DNA of 64,000 bases from Candidatus Omnitrophota bacterium (lineage in GTDB: Bacteria > Omnitrophota > Gorgyraeia > Zapsychrales > Zapsychraceae): positions 38,016-102,015 of the forward strand of contig JADFYJ010000002.1 of NCBI GenBank assembly GCA_015233115.1. The letters are read 5' to 3'. The translations under genes and the position numbers were made by a program. Positions 46,441 to 56,861 of the stretch are shown one piece after another. The notes below the pieces were generated by a model. The model made no database searches, was not told where the DNA came from, and saw nothing but the letters and a program-made list of their open reading frames with translations. Position 1 is the stretch's first letter. Each line of letters starts with the position of its first letter.

Positions 46441-47019
46441 TCAAAAAGAACTCAACACACAACTAAACCCTCCGCTTGAAGTATAACGCGGATTTTTCAT
46501 GATATCAACTACATATCCTGGACTCATATCATAGACCAGAGTAATGGTCACTGAGACAGCATTTTGTTGCTGGACAATATTATATGCTTCAACATTGTCG
46601 AGTAATACCTCTGCCGTAGCCAGATTACACACGCCAGTATTGTCCGATGGGATACATCTTAACAGCCGATGATCATTCGTAAACCAATAAGTGATCCAAG
46701 TATCATCAGCATAGGTCGGAGTTGGGGTTGGGTTGCGGTCTACCCTCACAGTTAATTTGGAGGGCGGAAATACTTGCAAACCTTTATCTAATTTGGAGCC
46801 TATAGCCCGATAAACATTTCGGGACATATCCGCAAAAACACTATCTGCTCTAATGCGAAGAATGGAACTTCTTTGTTGAGTGGATTGAAACCTTTGGAGG
46901 GTCAAACTAAAGCCCATAACGCCTAACAAGATCACGCTGACTAAAACCGTAGCTGTGAGAAGTTCAGAAAGAGTCAGGCCTTTTTTTTGAGGTGCAAAAT
47001 TCATAATTAATCCGGCCAA
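46441..47019 (-). CDS. minor pseudopilin with prepilin-type N-terminal domain (PilW/GspJ-like), copy 1
   Basis: KKG|LTLSELLTATVLVSVILLGVMGF. Paralog of 45433-46005. Confidence 0.6.
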   Translation of the reverse strand: MAGLIMNFAPQKKGLTLSELLTATVLVSVILLGVMGFSLTLQRFQSTQQRSSILRIRADSVFADMSRNVYRAIGSKLDKGLQVFPPSKLTVRVDRNPTPTPTYADDTWITYWFTNDHRLLRCIPSDNTGVCNLATAEVLLDNVEAYNIVQQQNAVSVTITLVYDMSPGYVVDIMKNPRYTSSGGFSCVLSSF

Positions 47020-47351
47020 GTAGCGTTCAGATAAACATTTCTAGCGCCCGTCGTAGCATCATTTATGATCAGATAACTAATCGTGCAGCCGTCTATTGTT
47101 TTACTATATTTTCCTGGATATAAAGGATTGGTAGAACTGTCCCATGTGCTGGCATCAACATTAAACCGTAAAGAAGACAATATATTTTTGGCCGCATACA
47201 TGCATTCTACCTCTTTTGACGATTGAACAGCTTTAGGCCGCAACATAGAGGTTGTCCCAATAATCGCTCCGGCCGCGACCAAAAAAATAACCGCGGTAAT
47301 GACTATCTCAACCATAGACACTGTGCCGCGATTTTTAAGAGATTTTAACAT
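47007..47351 (-). CDS. small pseudopilin-like protein (PilV/GspI-like), copy 1
   Basis: NRGTVSMVEIVITAVIFLVAAGAI. 114 aa. Confidence 0.5.
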   Translation of the reverse strand: MLKSLKNRGTVSMVEIVITAVIFLVAAGAIIGTTSMLRPKAVQSSKEVECMYAAKNILSSLRFNVDASTWDSSTNPLYPGKYSKTIDGCTISYLIINDATTGARNVYLNATWPD

Positions 47352-47420
47352 ATTGCTTTTCTATAAATTTGGGGCTCTTTTTTATAAGGGTACACCTTCC
47401 GGAACCACTCGTTTTCTTTA

Positions 47421-47858
47421 CTAATTCGTCGGGCAATTACCACCCGTGCTGACACAGCCCGGATTTGCGGCCGTTATATCCCCATCCGTTAAAGTAAAAT
47501 CACAAATGTTAGCTCCTGACCTATGACTTAATCTTGCAGTATATCCTGGGTTATTATAAATATAAAAGGTTCCCGCAGTCGGGACCATATTGTTTATATT
47601 CAAATTCAAAACCATGTTAGTGTTTATAGTGGCAATGTCTGCCGTCGTGGCTGGATAAAACGTTCCTGCTTCCGAATGATAAATGGTGTTCGCGCCGCTA
47701 AACGCGATTAACTGGGCTTTGGCATTTCGACAGTCATTATTCCGGGAAGTTTTTTGATATCCGGGAATAGCAATCGTGGCCAATATTCCGATTATCACCA
47801 CCACGATCATCATTTCCATGAGGGTAAAAGCTAATTTATTTTTCATATGCCCTGCCAT
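47421..47858 (-). CDS. type IV pilin-like protein (third pilin)
   Basis: LA|FTLMEMMIVVVIIGILATIAIPGY class III signal sequence. 145 aa. Confidence 0.65.
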   Translation of the reverse strand: MAGHMKNKLAFTLMEMMIVVVIIGILATIAIPGYQKTSRNNDCRNAKAQLIAFSGANTIYHSEAGTFYPATTADIATINTNMVLNLNINNMVPTAGTFYIYNNPGYTARLSHRSGANICDFTLTDGDITAANPGCVSTGGNCPTN

Positions 47859-47916
47859 ATTCGCGCAAATTACTTGCCATCATAAACGCCGTTCAAGTCA
47901 TGCGCTCCTTTAAAAA

Positions 47917-48351
47917 TTAATGAGTACCCGCAAAGAAACCAGTCCCTGAACGGGTGATTCCCGTAGCTGTGGCAGTTAAAACAACTGTCCCTGTTTGACC
48001 ATTTTCAACTGTCGTATCGCGAGTGGCCGTAATGGTTACATTTTGCGCTGTATCAAGATTAGCTACTGCATACGTCCAATGTCTCCCTGCCACCCCATTT
48101 ACATTACCAATATCTAAGTTGGTCCCCCAGCTGGTGCTGGTCATACAGACAGCGGCCGTATTCCCCGTTATCACACACCGATGAAGCGAATTGCGGAGAC
48201 CATCAAAAGTTGCAAAAGCCTCTGCTGTACGGGATCTTTCGACAGTATTAAATAAATTCGGTAAAGCTAAACTGGCCAAAACACCGATAATAATAACTAC
48301 AATAATCAATTCTAATAGTGTAAATCCATTAATTTTTTTCATAGTTGTCAT
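47917..48351 (-). CDS. pilA: type IVa major pilin, copy B
   Basis: NG|FTLLELIIVVIIIGVLASLALPNL. About 90% identical to the adjacent copy. Confidence 0.75.
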   Translation of the reverse strand: MTTMKKINGFTLLELIIVVIIIGVLASLALPNLFNTVERSRTAEAFATFDGLRNSLHRCVITGNTAAVCMTSTSWGTNLDIGNVNGVAGRHWTYAVANLDTAQNVTITATRDTTVENGQTGTVVLTATATGITRSGTGFFAGTH

Positions 48352-48355
48352 TTTT

Positions 48356-48392
48356 TAAAAAGGGGAGAGCATGACCCTCCCCTCATAATTAA
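48356..48392 (-). terminator. rho-independent terminator between the two pilA copies
   Basis: Minus strand reads ggggagggtcatgctctcccc followed by ttttttaaaa. Confidence 0.5.
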
Positions 48393-48402
48393 CAAAATAG
48401 TT

Positions 48403-48834
48403 TTAATGAGTACCAGAAAAGAAACCAGTCCCTGAACGGGTGATGCCCGTAGCTGTGGCAGTTAAAACAACTGTCCCTGCTTGACCATTTTCAACTGTGG
48501 TATCGCGAGTAGCTGTAATAGTTACATTCTGCGCTGTATCAAGATTAGCGGCTGCATACGTCCAATGTTTCCCAGCTACAGTATTAACGTCGCCAATATC
48601 TAAGTTGGTTGCCCAGCTAGTGCTGGTCATACAGAGAGCAGCCGTATTCCCCGTCGTCACACACCGATTAAGAGAACTACGGAGACCATCAAAAGTCGCA
48701 AAAGCCTCTGCTGTACGGGACCTTTCTACAGTATTAAACAAATTCGGCAAAGCTAAACTGGCCAAAACACCAATAATAATAACTACAATAATCAATTCCA
48801 ACAATGTAAACCCTTTTTTATTCCTCATTTTCAT
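48403..48834 (-). CDS. pilA: type IVa major pilin, copy A (promoter-proximal)
   Basis: KG|FTLLELIIVVIIIGVLASLALPNL. 143 aa. Confidence 0.75.
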   Translation of the reverse strand: MKMRNKKGFTLLELIIVVIIIGVLASLALPNLFNTVERSRTAEAFATFDGLRSSLNRCVTTGNTAALCMTSTSWATNLDIGDVNTVAGKHWTYAAANLDTAQNVTITATRDTTVENGQAGTVVLTATATGITRSGTGFFSGTH

Positions 48835-48930
48835 TTAAAACTCCTTTCTTCTGTTTGACAGCGTTCATTCCTATTAAAACTATAACATATTCCTTTTAGA
48901 CAGTCAAAATAGTATTCTTATTAAATATGT

Positions 48931-50163
48931 TTACCCTCCTGTTGACATTTTAAACAAAGGCAAAAACATTGCCACTACAATGGTCCCTATGACTGCACCC
49001 ATAAAAACAATCATTACGGGTTCTATCATCGTTGAAACCCTTTTAATATATACTTCAACCAATTCTTGATAATATTTAGAAACATGTTTCAACATCTTAC
49101 TTAACTCACCTGTCTCTTCCCCTACACTAATAAGCTGAACACACATGGCAGGAAAAAAACCACTTTTTTCCATCGGTGTCACTATGAGTTCGCCCTTTTT
49201 TACTCCTTCTTTTATGCTCCTCACAATTTTCGAACAGGTAATATTATCCACTAATTTTTCGGCAATATCCAATGCCGCTAAAATAGGCACCCCCGCTTCG
49301 ATTAAAATAGCCATTTGCCCAGAAAATCGTTCCACGACTATGAGCCGAAATACTTGACCCACACTAGGAACTTTAAATAAAAAATGTTCAAACCCTTCTT
49401 TCCCATGCGGAGTTTTAATAAATTGAAGAAATAAATATCCTGCCACCCCGATACCCGCGACAATAAACATAAAATAATTCCTGACAAAAGCGAATATGGA
49501 TAACAAAATGATCGTAATCATGGGCAGTTTTATATTCATAGATTTAAATATAGACTCAAAACGTGGTCCAACAAACAAAGCGAAAAAGGCAATTGCTCCG
49601 CACGCGACACAAAATAATAAAATGGGATATATGAGACTGGATACAATGGTCGTCCTAAACCCATTTTGCTGATCCATGTAGAAAGTCAATTTATTCAAAA
49701 CAGTCGGCAAAGAGCCTGAAGCTTCTCCAACCTCAACCAAACTCACCCAAAATTGATTAAACGCCTTAGGATGCTTGGCCAAGGCTTGGCTTAAAGAAAG
49801 ACCTTTTTCCACATCTTCTTTAATCTTAGCGACAATCTTGCTCAAACGTTCACTTTCCACTTGGCCACTGATGACTTCCAAACTGCGCATGAGCGATACC
49901 CCAGCCTCGAGCATGGTGGCTAACTGACGGGCAAAAACAATAAGATCCTGAAGTTTAATGACTTTATGTTTGTGTTTGACTGTAACCCGATGAAGCGGCG
50001 CGCCTCTTTTCTGGCCTGCTTGCAAAGAGAATTCCGTAATACTAATAACAAAATATCCCTGCCGCTGTAACAAATCAGACGCAGTAATACGATCTGAAGC
50101 ATCAACAAAGTTCTCCACAGATCTACCATTTTTATCTTTAGCAATAAAACTAAAACGAGGCAA
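48931..50163 (-). CDS. pilC: type IV pilus assembly platform protein PilC (GspF family)
   Basis: MPRFSFIAKDKNGRSVE start. Two GspF repeats, 3 TM. Confidence 0.9.
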   Translation of the reverse strand: MPRFSFIAKDKNGRSVENFVDASDRITASDLLQRQGYFVISITEFSLQAGQKRGAPLHRVTVKHKHKVIKLQDLIVFARQLATMLEAGVSLMRSLEVISGQVESERLSKIVAKIKEDVEKGLSLSQALAKHPKAFNQFWVSLVEVGEASGSLPTVLNKLTFYMDQQNGFRTTIVSSLIYPILLFCVACGAIAFFALFVGPRFESIFKSMNIKLPMITIILLSIFAFVRNYFMFIVAGIGVAGYLFLQFIKTPHGKEGFEHFLFKVPSVGQVFRLIVVERFSGQMAILIEAGVPILAALDIAEKLVDNITCSKIVRSIKEGVKKGELIVTPMEKSGFFPAMCVQLISVGEETGELSKMLKHVSKYYQELVEVYIKRVSTMIEPVMIVFMGAVIGTIVVAMFLPLFKMSTGG

Positions 50164-50215
50164 TTTTAACTCCTGCTTAATGATTAAATTTTTCTTTGTG
50201 ACCCTGTGACTTTGC

Positions 50216-51958
50216 TTAGTCTACACTGACACAAATATTACAGACTTCTTCATAACTGGTGATGCCTTTTTCAACTAATTTTAAACCCGAATCAAATAAA
50301 GTGTCCATACCATTTTTTCTAGCCGCGTCTTTTATGTCTTGATATCCCGCGCTTTTCGCGATCAGGGAACGGATTTCTTGGTTAACTTCCAAAACTTCGC
50401 CAATGACAATACGACCTTTATAACCAGTATGATTGCATAATTGACATCCTTTGGCCTTATAAATCAAATCACTTTTAAATTTAATGTTCCCGTGGGTTAA
50501 CACATCCGGCTCATACGCCTCTTTACAGTTTTGACACAACCGTTTAGCCAAACGTTGAGCTAAGATCATAACCAATGACGGGGTCAGCAAATAATTAGGC
50601 ACTCCGATATCGATCAAACGGGTAATGGCTGACGGCGCGTCATTCGTATGCAAGGTACTCATAACAAGGTGCCCGGTTAAAGCCGCGCGCACGCAAATCT
50701 GTGCGGTTTCCAAATCGCGGGTTTCCCCTACCATCATAATATCCGGATCTTGCCGGAGAAACGCTTTAAGCGCAGTCGCGAATGTTAATCCGATATCGGG
50801 TTTTACGTTCACCTGATTAATCCCGTCTAATTTATATTCCACGGGATCTTCGACCGTGACTATATTCTTCCGCGGATCGCGGGTTTCATTCACCGCCGCG
50901 TAAAGTGTAGTTGACTTACCGCTTCCGGTCGGCCCCGTCACAAAAAATAATCCGAACGGCATTTTTAAAGACTTTTTCATCAAATCAACTTGCTTAGTAT
51001 CAAAACCTAACCCGGATAAAGCTAAAGGCACAGCGCCTTTATCCAAAATACGCATAACAACTTTTTCACCCCAAATCGTCGGAATAGTTGAAACTCTGAG
51101 ATCAACAGTGCGATCTTCCAATTTAGCAGAAATAGCTCCGTCTTGCGGTAGACGTTTTTCCGCGATGTCCATTTTCGAAAGAATCTTAATCCTGGAAACA
51201 ATCGGCAACAATAAATGCGGAGCAGGCGGCGGCAAATCAACTAAACTGCCATCAATACGATACCTTAATTTAATCTTGCTTTCAAAAGGTTCAATATGAA
51301 TATCACTGGCTTTTGAATCAATGGCTTGACGGATTATAAGATCTACCAGTTTAATAACCGGGGCTTCTCCGGCTTTGGCAATAATCTTATCCATGCTCAA
51401 TTCAGCCGCCATTGACTTGGGCATAACGGATGAATTATCTTCCGATTCCTCGGAATAAGAGTTTTCAACCGCCCGGTCCAGCATGCTCTGATCTGAAGCA
51501 TAACCCGAAACGCTGGGAAAAAGTTCGCTAATCGCTTTTTGTATCGACGTTTTAGTCGCAATAACTAAATTTAGTTCACATCCAGTCATGCGCCGTAAAT
51601 TATCAATCAAAAGCAGGTCTAACGGATCAGCCACAGCGCAGGTTAAAGACTTAAGATGGCGGGATAAAGGAATAATATCATTCTTACGGGCAAAAGTTTC
51701 CGAAATCAGTTTTTTTAAATCTTCCCGCTGATCTTCCTCAGGCAAAAGCAATTGATTGTTATCCGAAGAATAAAACGGTATCCCCAGTTGAGAACCAATG
51801 GCTTGGGTCATATTCTCTTCCGTCACAAAACCCAAACGGACCAGAATTTCCCCGATCCTGCCTTTCTCAACTTTCTGCACCTGAATGGCTTTATCCAATT
51901 GATCTTTAACGATAAAGCCTTGATTAATTAAAATCTCACCTAATTTTAACCGCGTCAT
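50216..51958 (-). CDS. pilB: type IV pilus assembly ATPase PilB (GspE family) with N-terminal MshEN/GspII_E domain
   Basis: Walker A GPTGSGKSTT, Asp/His boxes, tetracysteine CQNC..CQLC. N-terminal LGEILINQGFIVKDQLDKAIQ domain. Confidence 0.9.
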   Translation of the reverse strand: MTRLKLGEILINQGFIVKDQLDKAIQVQKVEKGRIGEILVRLGFVTEENMTQAIGSQLGIPFYSSDNNQLLLPEEDQREDLKKLISETFARKNDIIPLSRHLKSLTCAVADPLDLLLIDNLRRMTGCELNLVIATKTSIQKAISELFPSVSGYASDQSMLDRAVENSYSEESEDNSSVMPKSMAAELSMDKIIAKAGEAPVIKLVDLIIRQAIDSKASDIHIEPFESKIKLRYRIDGSLVDLPPPAPHLLLPIVSRIKILSKMDIAEKRLPQDGAISAKLEDRTVDLRVSTIPTIWGEKVVMRILDKGAVPLALSGLGFDTKQVDLMKKSLKMPFGLFFVTGPTGSGKSTTLYAAVNETRDPRKNIVTVEDPVEYKLDGINQVNVKPDIGLTFATALKAFLRQDPDIMMVGETRDLETAQICVRAALTGHLVMSTLHTNDAPSAITRLIDIGVPNYLLTPSLVMILAQRLAKRLCQNCKEAYEPDVLTHGNIKFKSDLIYKAKGCQLCNHTGYKGRIVIGEVLEVNQEIRSLIAKSAGYQDIKDAARKNGMDTLFDSGLKLVEKGITSYEEVCNICVSVD

Positions 51959-53523
51959 TTTTGGTCGCCTAGCTGTTCAATTGAAGCCAAATCACGATTA
52001 ATATTGTCTAACCGGGAAACAGGAATATCCTGTTCCCGCACTAATTGATCATAGCCATTCGCTTTCGCTAATTGTGGAGATTCGCGAATAATGTGCGGCG
52101 TTAAAAAAACCACCAGCTCTCTATCTGTCACTTTTTTATCCTTATGCCTGAAGGCCGCGCCTATAATAGGAATCTTACTTAAAACAGGCAAACTATTATT
52201 GGTAACAGATTCATCTTTTCGAAGCAATCCCCCTAAAACAATAGTATCCCCATCTTTAACCCTTAAAGTGGATTTTGTGCCACGCTCTTCCGGATCTTTA
52301 AAAGATACAGTTAAAGGATTTTTCGGATCTGAGGAATCAGTGATAGTATCAATTTTAGTGTCTACTACTCTCGGCCTGATCGCCATAGTCACTTCATTGG
52401 TTTCCAAATTAATTTGCGGAGTTACTTTTAAAGAAACTCCCGTCTCATAACGTTCAGCAGTGGTAGCACTGCTCCCTCCTGTTACAGATGCCGTACTGCT
52501 GGAAACCCCAATGGCTTCCTGCGTGGTGATTTTTATTTCAGCCATTTCATTATTCAGTGTAATAATGCGCGGCCTAGCCAAACTTTTGGTGTCCGATTTT
52601 GATCGTAAAAGATTTAACGTCGTCGGAACACTATTCCCTAAGGTCAACGTACCCTCATTCCCTTGCAAAAGTTGGCCCACATTCGCCGTTGGAGTCAAAA
52701 AAAACGGAAACCGGATACTATTAGGAAGCGAAGGCAGACCCGCCGAAACCAAAGGATTACCCCAATTCACACCCAATGAATCAGATACTTGTTTCGAAAT
52801 ATCCAATAATTCCGCTTCTATTAAAACTTCCGGAACAGACACATCCAACTTAGCAATGGCCGCATCAATGATCGGCATTTGCGAAGCAATATCAGAGATA
52901 ATGATGCTATTAGTCCGCGGATCTTGCGCGACAGTTCCATCTTTAGTCAGCATAGATTTCACGATCATAATGATATCACTATTTTCTTTAGCTCCAGCCA
53001 AATTGTCTGTACTCCCGCCACTTGAGCTTGCAGATGAAGATGCGGATGAAGATCCGGATGAACTCGTTTCATTTTGATCGATCGAATACGTTGATTTTAT
53101 TTTGGATGATGGTAATGTCGCGTATTTCAAAGTATATACTTTAGTGACAACCTCTTTTTCCGGTTTAGGAATATTTTTTACAATAAAAATATTACTTCCG
53201 GATTTTAACTCATAGGTCAATCCGTTCGCAGCCAAAATCCGCTCTAATGCCTGCTCAACTGGAACTTTATCCAAATAAATATCAACATTCTTATCCGCGA
53301 TCGCTGAATCCGCGATAAAATTTAATCCTGACTGCTGTGAAAAAATCTTCAGCACATCATTTAAGCTGGCTTTTTTAAAATCCAAAGATATGGTTTTACT
53401 TTGATCCACATCCATTAAGCGCTTGATATCATTATCAATTTCATAATAAGACGCTTGACACAAATATGGCAAACACCCGATCAACAGGGTCACTGCCAAA
53501 ATAATAAATTTTTTATTTATCAT
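51955..53523 (-). CDS. pilQ: type IV pilus secretin PilQ
   Basis: C-terminal secretin signature VLGGLLRKDESVTNNSLPVLSKIPIIGAAF..VFLTPHII. Ser-rich linker. AMIN-like N-terminus. Confidence 0.85.
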   Translation of the reverse strand: MINKKFIILAVTLLIGCLPYLCQASYYEIDNDIKRLMDVDQSKTISLDFKKASLNDVLKIFSQQSGLNFIADSAIADKNVDIYLDKVPVEQALERILAANGLTYELKSGSNIFIVKNIPKPEKEVVTKVYTLKYATLPSSKIKSTYSIDQNETSSSGSSSASSSASSSGGSTDNLAGAKENSDIIMIVKSMLTKDGTVAQDPRTNSIIISDIASQMPIIDAAIAKLDVSVPEVLIEAELLDISKQVSDSLGVNWGNPLVSAGLPSLPNSIRFPFFLTPTANVGQLLQGNEGTLTLGNSVPTTLNLLRSKSDTKSLARPRIITLNNEMAEIKITTQEAIGVSSSTASVTGGSSATTAERYETGVSLKVTPQINLETNEVTMAIRPRVVDTKIDTITDSSDPKNPLTVSFKDPEERGTKSTLRVKDGDTIVLGGLLRKDESVTNNSLPVLSKIPIIGAAFRHKDKKVTDRELVVFLTPHIIRESPQLAKANGYDQLVREQDIPVSRLDNINRDLASIEQLGDQK

Positions 53524-53535
53524 AAAACACTCCTT

Positions 53536-54030
53536 TTATGGTTTAAGTGTGTAAGTCTCGCCTTGAAAAGAAACAGCCACGCCTTCTTTTGTTATCGATA
53601 GAATCTTAATAATTAAATCTTCCGAAGTCGATTGTTCAGAACCTTCTGGTATTCCCACATTATTTTTTGGGGCAGACGTCGATATCGTTGACGTATAGGG
53701 TAACACATCGCCCACATTATATACTTTATTGTCAATAATAGCTTGAGGCCGATCTGAATTCCAAACTAAACCTTTCACCACAAAAGGTGGCAAAGAAAGC
53801 TTCACCGGAGGAGGTGGAGGCGGAGTCGGTTCCGGAGCAGGTGTTGGCTCCGGATTCAGGTTCGGGTTCGGCGTTGGAGCCAGATTCGGTTCAGGCGCGA
53901 GAATTGGTTTCTCTGCTATAGGCATTTGAACCTCAAAAGGATCTTTTTCAAATTCAATTTCTTCAGCCCAAGAAATAACCGGCCAAATTAAAATCATTAC
54001 TGAAATTATAAAAATAATTTTCTTATTCAT
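53536..54030 (-). CDS. PilP-like pilus assembly lipoprotein (putative)
   Basis: Signal peptide, Pro-rich linker, C-terminal beta domain. Assignment by position between the PilO-like gene and pilQ. Confidence 0.4.
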   Translation of the reverse strand: MNKKIIFIISVMILIWPVISWAEEIEFEKDPFEVQMPIAEKPILAPEPNLAPTPNPNLNPEPTPAPEPTPPPPPPVKLSLPPFVVKGLVWNSDRPQAIIDNKVYNVGDVLPYTSTISTSAPKNNVGIPEGSEQSTSEDLIIKILSITKEGVAVSFQGETYTLKP

Positions 54031-54622
54031 TGTGTAACGTGATTGTCCTTAAAGAAACGGTTGCCCGGATATAAGGCTCTGCCCCTTTAGAATCCCGTCC
54101 TTGATCATAATTAACCGGAGTACAACTCATTCTATCTACAAGAACGGTATATTCTGTTTTTTCTAACGCTTTAATAAATTCACCTAAATTTTTATAACGG
54201 GCAGCGGTTAATTCCAACTGCATCGAATCTGTATAATAATAAGTGCTATCATTTTTTTGCCACGGAGAAAACGTGGTAATATCAATTCCATTTTTCAAAG
54301 CCAGACCAGAAACAAGACTGGTTAAAAGATCAGTATTACCGATTTTGTGAAAATTCTTTTTAATATCATCTCGTTTTTTTTCAATCACCTTTAGCTTATC
54401 TAATAAATCTTTCTTTTTTTCACCTTCCGTAATTAACGATCGAGTCCCTTGTATTTCCTGTTTAGGCCCCGAACTTGAATTCAGACAAAAAAACAACCCC
54501 ACCACAATGATAGCAACATTGATCAAAATATCCGGACGCCGTCTCAAATATTCTTTGACCATTGCCGGATCAATGTTCTTCAAATCATCCATGGAAACAT
54601 TTTTTAAACTGTTTAGATCCAT
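54023..54622 (-). CDS. PilO-like protein (putative)
   Basis: Single TM, coiled coil, C-terminal alpha/beta domain. Positional call. Confidence 0.45.
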   Translation of the reverse strand: MDLNSLKNVSMDDLKNIDPAMVKEYLRRRPDILINVAIIVVGLFFCLNSSSGPKQEIQGTRSLITEGEKKKDLLDKLKVIEKKRDDIKKNFHKIGNTDLLTSLVSGLALKNGIDITTFSPWQKNDSTYYYTDSMQLELTAARYKNLGEFIKALEKTEYTVLVDRMSCTPVNYDQGRDSKGAEPYIRATVSLRTITLHNE

Positions 54623-54626
54623 AAAA

Positions 54627-56180
54627 TTATTTCTTCATCTTGATTGAAAAGGCCGTTACTTTGCGGCCATTAAGTTCTCTTGATGTCATATCTTCCCTAT
54701 ATATCGCATTCGGCTGAAAATATGATGTTAATTTAGGACTAGTTTTAAGATTTTGCAAATATTCCGAAATCAAACTGATCTGGTTGGCTCCAGACTCGTC
54801 ATACACATAACCCGCAATCGATATATTCGGCACATAAGCTTTTTCTTTTTCCTGATTGATATCTAATGATCGGCCGGTTTCGTAATCAACCGCAATGCTC
54901 GTGAGCCAAACACCCTTATTGGGCAGAGCAGAAGGAATCGCATTAATAAAAGAATACACATTACTTTTAATCGGCACTCGCTCTAAACCAGCAAGAGTAT
55001 CTTCAGCATCCTTTTTTTTCTTTTCTAAATTGTCAACAGTCAAAGATGAAGACGATCCCAATGTTTGGTTAAGTAAACGGATATCCGCTCTGGCTTTTTC
55101 CAAAGGAATCCGTTGAGAAATTTTTACCAAAATACAAAGCGCTAACGCAATGATCCCTAAGATAGCGGTTATTTTATAATTAGGCGGTTTAATGGCCCCA
55201 AACTCAAACTTAATATCCTCATCATTTTTTATATCGATCTCTTTGATTGCTAAATTAAAGACGGCGGGTAAATTGACATCTAAACATGTTCCCACCGCAT
55301 TTAAATATGATAAATTTTCAATAATTTGATCATCAAAAATTGTGCGCGACTGACAACTGCGCACCGCGATACCTAAATCCGTCGTAAGGGCATTTTGCAG
55401 CGGCCCTTCCTCGGCGGAAGATATCAATACCGCTTCTTTGACTGGAATGCTATTATCTTGGCGGGAAAAATAATCTAACGACACTCTGGTCTCATTAATA
55501 AATTTCTGGACAGTGTCCGCCTTCTCTGTGCCGGAACTAACCGCCACATGGAAATCACGGACAAATAACGGAATTCCTTTGTCAACCACCGTAATTTTTC
55601 CATTTTCTCCATCACATTCAATCAACGCCACAGTTTTTTCTGCGGTCACCTTATTTTTTGTAATCAAAATTTTTAAGAGACTATTGACGGATGGCTCAGT
55701 CAAATTAATACTGATCCCGATCTTATGAAACAAATTTTCATATTTTTGTAATGTGGAATACCGGATCGCGACGAAAATCACTTGAATTTTTTTCATCCCG
55801 CCGATATTTACCGGACTCCAATGATAGACGTGCCGTAATTCTTCGATCCGGAATGGAATATATTTATTAACCTCAAATTGTATAACGCCATCCAATTCAT
55901 TCGGCTGCATCCACGGAACAATAAAAGAACGGAAGATAATATCTTTTCCCGGCAAAGACAAGTTTGCGTCTTTAGTGGTAATTTGATGTTCCGCCAAACA
56001 GACGTTAATCTTGTCAGCTAAATTATGCGAAGGTGACAAAAGCTGGCTGGTTTCAAGTTCGTTGAAATCATCTTGAGTTAAAGGCAAGACAAAAGATTGC
56101 GCAATTCTTCCGCTGGAAACTTCCGCAAAATAGACGGAATCCTGGCCGAAATAAATGCCGAGTTGTTTTTTCTCCCCCAT
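54627..56180 (-). CDS. PilM-PilN fusion protein (actin-like ATPase domain, TM, periplasmic PilN-like domain)
   Basis: The likely start is MGEKKQLGIYFG, preceded by ggggagag. About 340-aa PilM/FtsA-like domain, a TM helix (ITAILGIIALALCILV), then an ~160-aa C-terminal region. Confidence 0.6.
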   Translation of the reverse strand: MGEKKQLGIYFGQDSVYFAEVSSGRIAQSFVLPLTQDDFNELETSQLLSPSHNLADKINVCLAEHQITTKDANLSLPGKDIIFRSFIVPWMQPNELDGVIQFEVNKYIPFRIEELRHVYHWSPVNIGGMKKIQVIFVAIRYSTLQKYENLFHKIGISINLTEPSVNSLLKILITKNKVTAEKTVALIECDGENGKITVVDKGIPLFVRDFHVAVSSGTEKADTVQKFINETRVSLDYFSRQDNSIPVKEAVLISSAEEGPLQNALTTDLGIAVRSCQSRTIFDDQIIENLSYLNAVGTCLDVNLPAVFNLAIKEIDIKNDEDIKFEFGAIKPPNYKITAILGIIALALCILVKISQRIPLEKARADIRLLNQTLGSSSSLTVDNLEKKKKDAEDTLAGLERVPIKSNVYSFINAIPSALPNKGVWLTSIAVDYETGRSLDINQEKEKAYVPNISIAGYVYDESGANQISLISEYLQNLKTSPKLTSYFQPNAIYREDMTSRELNGRKVTAFSIKMKK

Positions 56181-56422
56181 ACTCTCCCCGAATCTTTTAT
56201 ACACGGAACACAACACAAATTTCAGTGGCTGATTTTTAGTTTTTGGTTTTTAGAAAAAAATATATTTGATTAGCAACAACAACCAACCAACGACCAACAA
56301 CCAGTATTACTGTATTGTGCCCCAAGTTTTAAGATTGCATATGTATCTTATGTAAAAAAAAACAATAAGTCTATAATATTCTAAAAAATTTTTTGCTTTG
56401 TGCAAATGAATCCTCCTACTCA

Positions 56423-56851
56423 TTATGGATTACATACCACACTTATCGGAAATGTTCCCTCAGCATTAGCGACTGAACTCTTGGTGAGCCTGAGCAGATA
56501 CGAAAATGTAACAGGAGTTCCGCCCGCCATATCTGTTGTAGCCGTTAATGGAATCGTATACTCTTTACAATAATCAAGTTTTAGTGCCGCGTTATAAGCA
56601 AGCCCCGGGCACGACCACGATCCAGCCGCAGGATACAATGGAACAACTTTGGTTGTGTATTGGGATTGAAATAAATTCAAAATTCCTTCGGTCATTAATT
56701 CGCATTTTAATTTTTTATTTTCTTCTTTACTAACCACACTTTGGCTGACGTTTAAACTAATCATACTAACGACCAAAATCATCATAACCGTAATTATAAT
56801 AATAACTGTGACGAGAACAATCCCAGAATCATTTTTTAATTTTTTAATCAT
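56423..56851 (-). CDS. PilX-N-like minor pilin/pseudopilin (putative)
   Basis: The likely start is MIKKLKNDSGIVLVTVIIIITVMMILV, which resembles the PilX N-terminal domain. The track ORF begins at 56956. Confidence 0.35.
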   Translation of the reverse strand: MIKKLKNDSGIVLVTVIIIITVMMILVVSMISLNVSQSVVSKEENKKLKCELMTEGILNLFQSQYTTKVVPLYPAAGSWSCPGLAYNAALKLDYCKEYTIPLTATTDMAGGTPVTFSYLLRLTKSSVANAEGTFPISVVCNP

Positions 56852-56861
56852 GGCTTTACCC

